DNA of 64,000 bases from Amoebophrya sp. A120 (lineage: Eukaryota; Protista; Dinoflagellata), in assembly GCA_905178155.1 (NCBI GenBank), contig CAJINV010000005.1, positions 7,494,989 to 7,558,988 of the forward strand, given 5' to 3'. Below are positions 51,361 through 61,412 of the stretch, in pieces (the stretch's first letter is position 1; every line of letters begins with the position of its first letter). The notes below the pieces were generated by a model. That model did not search any database and had not been told where the DNA came from. It saw only the letters and a list, made by a program, of their open reading frames with translations. The translations under genes were made by a program, and so were the position numbers.

Positions 51361-52548
51361 GGCGTGTATGTGGAGCAAGGTTTTCTAGATTAGTACTAAC
51401 TTCTCTGAAACATCACATGCATCATAACCCACAAAACGGTTTCTGCACCCAGGATTTATGTCGTATATACTTTTTGAACGCAAGAACAGGAAAAACTTTT
51501 TCAAGACGGCCTAAGTTACATCAGCAAAGACAAAATGAATTATGAGAATTACGCCCACAAAAACGACAATGCTCCACAAGTACCAGTAGTTGACTGTTGA
51601 CGGGAGGTCTGTCGCCGCGAGATTTGCATGATGGAATGCGACCACAGCTACTATTTACTGAATTAGCTCGGCACGTCGAGTCAGCATTAGATGAGTGGTT
51701 TGATTTTGATGAACGTCAACTACACCGCCGGTTTGAATCTGTCATGTGGACAAGAAGATTTTGCTGATGTTTCACTTTGTGACCCAGCAGCAGCCTGGAC
51801 AACAGAAATCAGATTGTCGAAGTCATCGTACTAGCATCGCTGTTTTTACAACATTAAGAGGAACATCTTTCTTGAGTTTGAACACAAAAGCTAATGACCA
51901 CTTTTTCGAATTTCTTCCCTTCTAGCGCAACCCGGGTAGTGGACGACGAGCAGGTGCGCCTGCGCTTGCATCCAATCCGAGATATAGTTTGCTTAACCTC
52001 GCCGCGCTGACCGGCGGCCTGGCCTCAACAACGCACTTAGGTCGACCCGCTATCATGTAGAAATGAAAAAAAAAAGATGAAAAAACCGTCTACAGAAACC
52101 GAAACGTCGCAGCTACTAGGCGTGCTGTCTAGGCGTTGTATAATACCGTCGTGCGTAGCGCTTGTTCATCCCGATGATTGATACGTTGGATTGCGTATCC
52201 AAGCCGTCTTCAATGATTGAAGATGACAGATTTCTGCCTGTTGTGCACCTTTAAGTGGCTTTGGCCCTCGATCCCAGCGTTGATGCTTTTTTTTGGATTC
52301 CACGTCACGGTCTTCGAATAAAGAGCCTTGTCCATTCGGTCAGATGAAGATTATTTCAGTTTTTCTCCGAGAAGAAGCTAGATCTTCATTTTCAAGAACG
52401 ATTTTACATTCCAAAACTCCAACTTGGAAAGACTGAAAAAGATGAGGCTTTTCTGTCTATTATTTCTGGTCGACCATCGTATTGGTATTCGTAGGTCTAG
52501 GTGTGTCTCCTGAATCAAGCAGATTTCCTCGGAAATAAGTTCTTGAGT

Positions 52549-52565
52549 CGTAGCCATTGTTCAAG
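52549..52565 (+). other. Degenerate spliced-leader relic upstream of an ORF
   Basis: cgtagccatt-gt-tcaag versus CCGTAGCCATTTTGGCTCAAG, ~60 bp before ATG 52625. Confidence 0.45.
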
Positions 52566-54052
52566 ATGCTTTACATTTGCTTTTCGGTTCTCCTCTAAAG
52601 AACGCAACAACTTCTCCACCTACCATGCCTGATAAAATGAGAGGTCGTGGCTCCCCAACATCCGCCTCCGACAAGACCGCTCAACATGGTGGCGCGCCAA
52701 CATCGAGATTGTGCCTTCCAGCAATGAGTAGGCTGTTTTTTACAGCTCTGGCCGTCGATCCCCTTAGGGTGATGCTTTTGCTCGATCTCCGTTCCCTCTT
52801 CTTTTCCCCGAGCGCCACCGAGACCAGAGGCGAAAGTAACCAGAGCGGGATGATGAAAGATGAAGGACGAGTCGGAGTCTCGTCAATCTGGAACTACCAT
52901 GACAAAGCATCGTCTATATCTCTGCTTTCTCAACACTTACACTTCTGCCACGCGCACCGGATTGGACGACATGCCACACGTAAAACCAGGATCATGCGGA
53001 AAAAGTCGAAAATCAAGGCTGCCATCGCGACGGCTTCTAATCCTGTTGAGGATGTCCATGTCGATGCCGGGATGGACTTCGAGGACACACACGAGCAGGG
53101 TAAGGAGCCGGCATTATCCTCGAGGAAGCCTTCTGCTGCTGCTTCGCAAGCGCTTTTTTCAGCGGATGCGCGACAAGGTGGTCCTGGATCTTCTGTTTTC
53201 GCCTCCAGTGGGAGCTCTTCGTCCTCAGCATCATCGCTAAAAACCTCCACAGCATCAAAGCAGGAACCTAGACTACCGATAGCAGTAGCGAGATCTTCCA
53301 AGCATAGAACGCGCAGACACGACGATTCTCCTGCACCAGACGAGAGGAGGTACAAGAGCAACGAGAACGACCACGAACAGCAAGACTTCATGCAACAGCA
53401 ACTTCCGGCTCCGGCAGAAGCTGTAGCGGTGTCTTTTTCTTCAGACAAAGCAAACAAGGTAGTTTCTTCTCATCGTCGCCACCCTCGGGCGAAAACAAAC
53501 GGTCCCATTCGGGAGCCACTAGACCCAGGCTGTGGTAGTTTTTGGCCCTCGACCACCGGCGGACAATGTCTACAGCACGATTGCGCAGCACCACGACCAG
53601 CAGTTCCCTGTGTTGACGGTTGTACTTGCCTGCCTTACGTTCCCACCAGTTTCAGTCACTTCCAGAGCCACCTGCAGGGGTACTACCCAACGACAAAGAA
53701 TTGTCTGTCGTTCATTCACTCGCTGCCCTCGCGCAGCAGCCGGAGCTCCCCGAGTTCGCCGACCCGAAGCTTGAGCTCGGTTTTACTTCATAGCAGAGAA
53801 GACGGGCACGAGGTGGAGAACCATGGCGACTCCTCGACGCACAAAAACTCAGGCAGAAGTCCTCAGTGTCACGGGACGAAAGACGCAGCATCTTCGTTGA
53901 ACTTCTGTTCGTCCCCGAAGATGTGCTTGGTGGACAGCCGAGCAAGACTTGGTGCTCAGTGGCACTCAGTGGATCATCGAGTTCGAGTAAGACATCATGA
54001 TCATTTCAGAAATGCAAAAATAAGAACCCAAAACACAAGAAGTACTTACACC

Positions 54053-54700
54053 ATGAGCCGTCCCCGTGTGCTGTACGTCTTTCTGCAAGCCGACCCGGAC
54101 AACAGTTTTCACCCGGCTATCAAGCAGTTGTGCGAACAAACGCAAGAAAACGCCGCGGTGGAATTTCTCATCAAGCTTCGTCCAAAACTGCCGGAAGACC
54201 TGCCGTTCTGCGAAAAATGCGAGATTTTGATGATCTCCCCTTTCACCGGCGGGGGCAATGGTGCGTTGCTGGCGAACTGTTTGTCTAACCTGAAAAATTT
54301 GAAATGGATTCACTCCCTCTCCGCTGGCGTGGACATGATCGTCCCGACGCTGCAACAGCACTACCTCGGTGGCATGATGAGCACAACAGGGTCTACTTCA
54401 TCTTCTGCCGGTGCCGCAGCACAGCTGAAAATGCCACCTTTGACGAACGCGAAGCACGTATGGGAGTGTCAGGATCGAAATCAACAAAATCGAAGTGATT
54501 TGTGATGCATAAAGCCGATACCACTTGGAGCCTCAGTTTCCAAGTGGCGCATGACAAACTTCGATAGCACGAAAAGCCCGTCTGTCATGCTGTTTGGGCA
54601 AAGAGGACTGCTCCTATCGTGCTGCTCCGGCAGCACGATAGGAGCAGTCTGTGACATGGCCTCCGTTTCGCTAATTCCGGATGGGGCGGTAAGTACTTAT
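54053..54700 (+). pseudogene. Truncated copy of the 2-hydroxyacid dehydrogenase 5' region
   Basis: Near-identical to 61413-62475 but lacking two introners; then jumps to a piece matching 63957-63992. Confidence 0.85.
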
Positions 54701-56613
54701 TTGATTTTGTGATATTCATATTGAAGAAACTTGTGATGTGGATTGAGCACCATCGTCAACCCGTCTGTGATACGAAAATCAGCATGGCGAATTATCCTAT
54801 AAACAATCGTATCAAACAGATCTTCGTTTCCCTTGGGCGTGGTTCGTGTGTGGACGAGCAGGCGTTGATTCAAAATGCACCTCTATGATGCGAAAAATTA
54901 CTAGCACACGTGACTTCTGCATCGGTATTTTTGTGAAGAAGCAGAAGTAGATCTGTTCTGTAACAACTGTCGTACGAGGATCTGTCATGAAAACGTGACC
55001 TCCAAAGCGCAAGCAATGCAAAGTTGTAGCTGTGACGGAAGACGCAGCATCTTCGTTGAACTTCTGTTCTTCCCTCCAAAATGTCGAATTTCTCATGCAA
55101 TAAAACCTGCAAGCTTCCCAACGCTTCTATTGCTGCTCATGCATTACAATTGACGTCTAGGCGGGGGAGTTCTTCGCTGCGCTCTTTCATAGATGGAGAT
55201 GCCCTATGAACTGCAAAAGTATCGTACTCGTATAAATGCATTACAAATTTTCCCAGCATGAGAAAGAAAATTTGTAATGCTGATTTGCCTTGACAAAGAA
55301 ATTTGTAATGCAAGACCTGCATTTATACGAGTACGATACTTTTGCACAGCATATGCCCTTCCTGAAGGACGCCCCGAACCGCCTGGCTCCGCTGCACGTG
55401 GATGACAAGAGAAAGAAGATGACGAAAGACGCAGCATCTTCGTTGAACTTCTGTTCGTCCATGAAAGTGGTGCACAACGAACTCGCTTTCTCCTCCAGTT
55501 TGTCATGCAAAGAAACACATCCAAGTCCGACCTTTTTCTCGTGGTGCTGCGTCTGCGGGTTTTTCTGTGTTTCAAGGTCAGAGCACAAACTCGGATAGCA
55601 CTCTCGTGCCCTGGCCTGCAGAAGTGTGCTCCTAAGATTTCTTGATATCGAACTCAAATCCGAGAATTCCTCAGATGCGAGCTCACATCCGAGAACTCCT
55701 CACATGTGAGCGCACATCCAAGAGTTAGAAGGTCAGAAGAACTGCGCAGCATAATCTTACGCGACAGGCTTACAGCAGTGCGCTCTTTGGATTTGTGTGT
55801 TGCGCCTCCAATTGCCTCACTTGGAGTCGCGGTTCAAACTTTCACACGCAGAGCGCGGCGATTCGCAAGTTTAGCCGAATGCGTAGGGATTCCTGAAACT
55901 TGTGGATTCCTGAAGTCGAAATCCTGGGAACTCATTTCTGTAAGTCCGTTGCGTAGGATTTGCACTCAGGTGGGGATTACCGATCGAAATGCAGATCCTA
56001 CGCAACCTACTTACAGAAATGAGTTCCCAGGATCCCACATCCGAGAATTCTCGGACGTAAGTCCACATCCGAGAAATTTTCGAACGTGGACTGACATTCG
56101 AGAATTCCTCGGATTGCAGCTCACATCCGAGAACTTCGCGGATGTGAGCCGCAAGAGAACTTTCGCGCGCAAAGTGCCGAACTTTGGCGCCCTGCTCGTG
56201 AAAGTTCGATCCGCGTGTCCAAGTGGGGTGATTGCAGAAAAAACCCGGAAATCCTGGGAACTCATTTCTGTAAGTCCGTTGCGTAGGATTTGCACTCAGG
56301 TAGGATTTGCACTCAGGGACGGAAGACGCAGCATCTTCGTTGAGCTTCTGTGCTTCCCAAGGCACAACTACTTTTGTGCAAGAATGATGGGGAACATGCC
56401 GCCAAGTTTTCGCCGAAGTTTTCAGCAGAAGTCCTTTTCCCAATGATCGTTTCATCACAAGACCTTCTTTATTGATGTTTGCAACAGCGAAATAGAAACT
56501 CAAACAAGACACGTGATATACCTATACCAAGGACCCCTGTATTATCTACTGTACCTGTAATCTTTTCAGTTTGTTTTCCTCGTATTTCAGTCGAACCCAA
56601 AAACCCGTCCAAA

Positions 56614-57667
56614 ATGTCGAACGGCGACAACGGTTCTAAACAGGCCAAAGCTCTGGAAAAGGAGCGCAAGGTATCCCTTGTGAAATCGCGATTAGCAGCT
56701 TCAATTTGTAATGCAATGATGCGTATGATAGCAAGCTATCAGACATCATTTGATTACGCATTACAAGTTGGAACAGCTGGCAAGGATGATTTTACGTAGC
56801 ATGCAAGGCCATCGAAAAGATCATGAACGAGTCCGACGACATGTTCTGTGGGTTCGTCAAGCTGCAAATCCTGGACCAAGACGCCTACCCGCGGCAGATC
56901 AAGGGTGCAGATATCGGCGGGGTTGTGCATGTGGAGAAGAAGGTATGAGAGTGCCTAAGAACTCCTACTCCACCTCATCTACAGAGGGGTAAAGATGCTG
57001 CTCAGCAACACAACCAACAGCAGAAATGACGCTTTTGCATGACAAATCTTAATCCGTGCATGTGCCGTAGTATCGAGTTTTGAATGTAGTTCTTGGCGCT
57101 TGTCATGCAAGGTAGTGCTCCGAGGCGGTATATTGTTATTGAGGTTCACGATCACGTTGTGTTTTTGCATCATTACAAACGAAGGCAAGAGGGAGTTCTT
57201 GCGCCCTCTCATAGAAGGAAGGCGGCAAAGTCTTCCTGAAGGCAACCTTTTCGGCGAATCCGCTGTTTTACCTGGAGCTGCAACGTGACAACAACATGTT
57301 TCTCGCCGGCGAAATGTGGTACGGAGACGCGATATTGAGAGGAAAAATCCCTCCTCCCCATATTGAAAAGGTATGTTTCCGAGAATTTGCGTTGCTGATT
57401 TGTGACCACAAAGCAGGTTTGTCTCGCAAGAAGACAATCGCAGAGGCATTCCCCCAATTGTGAAGCGATCTCGCATGCTGTTGGTCCTAGAGGGTAGCCG
57501 TTTGCAATGCTGAACAACTAGACCTGAGCGCTCCCACCCAGGCTGCGGATCTGGCAGGAGTGTCGTACTGCAAGACAAGTCGGATTTGTGTACAGAAATC
57601 AGCATCAGAAATTTTTATTTTGATATGGGGAGGAGGGATTTTTCATTTTGATACGCGAAGCGCGGGC
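56614..57667 (+). pseudogene. Truncated copy of the 45878 gene 5' region with one extra introner (56672-56803)
   Basis: Shares introners 56944-57213 and 57333-57653 with 46071-46328 and 46448-46768. Confidence 0.85.
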
Positions 57668-60600
57668 GGGGGGGGGACGAAAGACGCAGCATCTTCGTTG
57701 AACTTCTGTTCTTCCCCGACGAGTTATAATTTCGCGACCTCCTCATCTTCTTCCTCTTCGCCTGGCGGGTATTTTGATCCGGGAGGCTGTGGTGGGCGCA
57801 GGTCTACGGACTTCTGCCGGTCCTTCATCGAAGTAGACCGGGACGGGCGGGAGCGACAAAAACGAGGACAATCCCTGCCGCCGTGTGGTGCTATCGGTCA
57901 GCTGTTTGCTTCTGGTAGTCGTCGTGTACTAGCCGGAGGTACTGTGGGAAACAACAACTACGAATCTGCCGTTCTTGCATCAGCGGGAGACAGTTCAGTT
58001 GCAGAGGCATCTTCAAAAAGCGGTGATAGTTGTAGCAGTCCGTGGGGCCAACGCCGCCGAAACCGGTTTGTCGCAGTGACACCGGCAGCGGCATCTTCGG
58101 CACGAAATGCGACCGACTCTGCTGCCAGAAAGAGCGTCTGCAACTACGTGGGAGCTGCCTCTGCAGCCAGTAGACAGCACAGCCGTGATATGGAGATCGA
58201 CGAATGCCCAGCAATAAAGCCGGAGGGCCAGTCCGCTTCGGAAGGTGCAGTACGACATGATGAAACTACGAGCGCACCGGCCAAAAGAACTTCATCTCCC
58301 TCCTGTTTTCTATCCGGTGTAAAGTGTCATCTACACAGACCACCTGGCGCAGGGAACGAGGACTTTGTCATGCGTGATAGAAATCATGCGTTTCACTCCG
58401 TAGTAGACATGTGCGCATGACAGGTTGAGTTGGTCGTCGTCGTAAAGGCTTTCTTTACACATGTTGATAGTTTCACTACATCCTCCAGGCGACGCCAGCG
58501 GGGATCGGCGGTGGTGGATCACCAGCTGCAATGGTTGCAGCTCAACATCATATGAAGCGATCTCGTTCGGCGGGAAGGTCGACTTCATCTGCAGGTTCCG
58601 AAAACAAAAACTTCTCTGCGGCCGCACAACTTCTAGTTGGCGTTGGATCTGCTCAAGTAGAACCGGGAGCAGGAGAAGTGGATGAAAGTAGAACCCTACC
58701 GCGAGAAGAAAAGTACATTTCGCCAGAAAAAGTTCTCACACCGGGTTTGCAACCTCCGTGGCTGATGACTTCTTCCAGGAGCCCGGTAGATGAGCAGATG
58801 GAGAACTGTTTTAATAAAGGCGGCGAATCTAGTACTGATGCGCAGGAGATTCTTGCGCAGGATGTCGATAAGCCGCGGTCTTCAGGATCACAGGACTCGG
58901 TGGACGACTGCTCACGATTCTCACAGCCTGGTGATGCTCGTACTCCGAGCGAGCACGAGATGGGGACTACGGGGAGTCGTAGTCGACCACACGCAGAAGA
59001 TGCTGCTAACAGGGCAAAAAGCAGGGAAAAGATGAAGACAACCTCCAGTGGCCTCACAACTCGCAATCCAATTTCCCCCGTTCTCCGCGACGAGGATTAC
59101 ACACCGCAAGACACGCCGACCCCGCCGGTTGCGCAGTGGCCGCCGGGGCCAGCACGGGCAAATGATGGCTCGAGAAGCAACTCTCCTGAGAATGGTGGTC
59201 GTGGTACGCAAGGAAACCCCGACCCGATGGGCTCCTCGCCCAGAACAGGTACAAGAGCCTCGTCTTCGCCTTCCGCCGCCGATCGAAATAGGGACCAACG
59301 TGGCACCAGCTACGGCCGACGCGGACACAATGGCAGCTCAAGTTCTACATCGACTACAGCTGTTCCGTGTTCACCGGTCGAGCCACAAATTGGCCCGCAC
59401 TACAACCAGGAGGACACAAGTACTTCTAGCCCTCGTCAAGAACAACAGCCACAGCCACACGGCAACCTGCGGCGGCCGCAAGAGGAGCGGCTTCTGACTG
59501 CAACTACCGGTGGCATCAACGCTCCCGCTTCTAGTGGTGGCCCACCGGCCGGGAAACATGAACTCGACCAAATCACCTGCATCCTCTCGGCGCACCGAAG
59601 CCGGCGCCGCCAGGCGTTGTTGAGCCGAACAGTCGCCGGGCAGCATCGGATTTTGCTGGAGCAGCGCGCTGCCACTGCTACGGGGGCCTCTTCATCTACA
59701 GCAGGAAAAAGGAAAAATGGGAACAATCGTCCTCCAACAGCTCCTTCTACGGGCGGAATAAACGCAAGTGGCGGAAGGGCCACAAGTGCATGGGACCACG
59801 CGGCCCAGGAGTCGTGGCTGAGCTCACTATCAAATGCAAATATGTCTGGGTCTGGACGAATGCGGAAGTTTGTCATGCAGGTTTTGCGTGACCCAGAAGG
59901 TCTGGTATGTAAGTCCTAGCATGACACGTCTTGTTGAGATGAATGTGTCTCAATGCCTAATCCGCATGACAAACTCCTTCTTTTGGTGCCAAGTTTTGGG
60001 CGGCGTTTGCTGTTCATGCATGACAGATCTTTGTGTTGTGTGAAATGTGCATCACAAGTTGATGCACCATCCTTTCAGACCCGGACATATTTGCAATGCA
60101 TACTCAGCCCCGTCGGACGAAACACAGCCCGTACGGAACTCTTCGGGCCGGAGAAATACAAATAGCAGAAGGGTCGCTGGCCGAGAGAACGTCGGACCAG
60201 ATGGCGCCACCAGACAGCGCCGGCGGGACCGACTGTATCAATGCGTGTCCAGTCTGCTCGGGGGCGGGTGTCGGTGAAGGAATGAATTAGTAGAATCAGT
60301 AACTTCTACTTCAACTTCTGCATCTGGTATAACACGAACGACGTCGTTACAACGGCTCCTGCAGGAAGACAAAGTGCTGGTGAAAGGCACCATTTTTGCA
60401 ATTCAATTTTGCCATTTTTTGAGAAACCAGTTAGAATGCCCTTTTACGTGTCGTGTTTTTGCTGGAGCAAGAGGATACACTTTCTGTCAAAACCTGAAGA
60501 TTCTGATTTTCTGCAACATGCATTTTTTTGTGGAGCTCCGATTAAGTAGTTTTTTGACGCGAGACCAAGATGTTAGCGACCCTGTGCACCGTTCTTGCCG

Positions 60601-61412
60601 TGGAAGCGGTCAAGTATTGACGAATGCACATGGTAGCCGTAGCGGGCCTCGTGCAGCCTTCTTTTTTCTGCGAAACAAATTTACATCTATACTATGCATC
60701 TGTAGATGATTTGCAGCATTACAATATTCTTTCCTTTCCTTATCTTTTGTTCCCTTTCCCATTTTTGAGATTACAGTAGGTATTTCCGGTTGTTGGGTTC
60801 AATCTTTATTTCTTCGAGAATACATGAGTACAAGCTGTAGTGTCAGATAAGAGGGGACGACGGTTGTGGATTTCTCTTTTTTCATCTTCTCCACCCTGTC
60901 CCGCAATCGAACCCACAAGCTAACTCACGGTCCGTGACGACGCTGTGCTGATACTGCATTCTGAGCTCGGACGATCTTGTCTTCTTTCAATGTGTTCGAG
61001 ATCCTCAACGTCAAGGATCTCGGTTTTCTAAATTTAGGGCGTTGAAAAAGCACCAATTGCTTCTTCCAGTACATAGCATGCATGGACTATCGGATTGTTT
61101 TTTCGGATTGTTTTTAGTGTGTAGAGTCATTGTTGTTTTTTACGCAACTGTATCTATCGGAGATCCTGATGACCCGAGCTAATAAATCATCTTTGTAACT
61201 AAGCTGAAGCCTCGCAGACGCAGTAGCGGCGCGGGTGCGCCATTTTCTTGTTGACACCCGGGTGCCGTACAATGCAATAAATGTCCCAGTTTTTGGGTCC
61301 GCAACTCGTACTTCCCACCTTTTGAACTTCACGTTCGCGGGTGGATCATCGAGTTCGAATAACATATCATTCAAGAAAGGGAAAAATAACCCAAAACAAA
61401 AGTAGTTACACC

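Larger units (their letters stand above)
53873..57717 (+). repeat. Five dispersed ~40-bp direct repeats separating captured gene fragments
   Basis: Core gacg(a/g)aagacgcagcatcttcgttgaacttctgttc at 53875, 55034, 55421, 56318 (two extra mismatches), 57676. Confidence 0.9.
52625..60277 (+). pseudogene. Long Ser/Pro/Gly-rich low-complexity gene interrupted by the 53916-57675 capture array
   Basis: Left ORF ends ..GTKDAASSLNFCSSP and right ORF begins GTKDAASSLNFCSSPTSYNF..; introner at 59828-60102 (TSD ctcac/ctcag). Confidence 0.5.

Noticed and set aside
52577-54505. Genuine 642-aa fusion dehydrogenase
   Set aside because: It is read-through from the host ORF into a truncated captured fragment that lacks the NAD-binding domain.
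53873-57717. True prokaryotic CRISPR array
   Set aside because: Spacers are 0.35-1.3 kb and host-derived, no cas genes are present and the context is eukaryotic; reported only as an architectural analogy.
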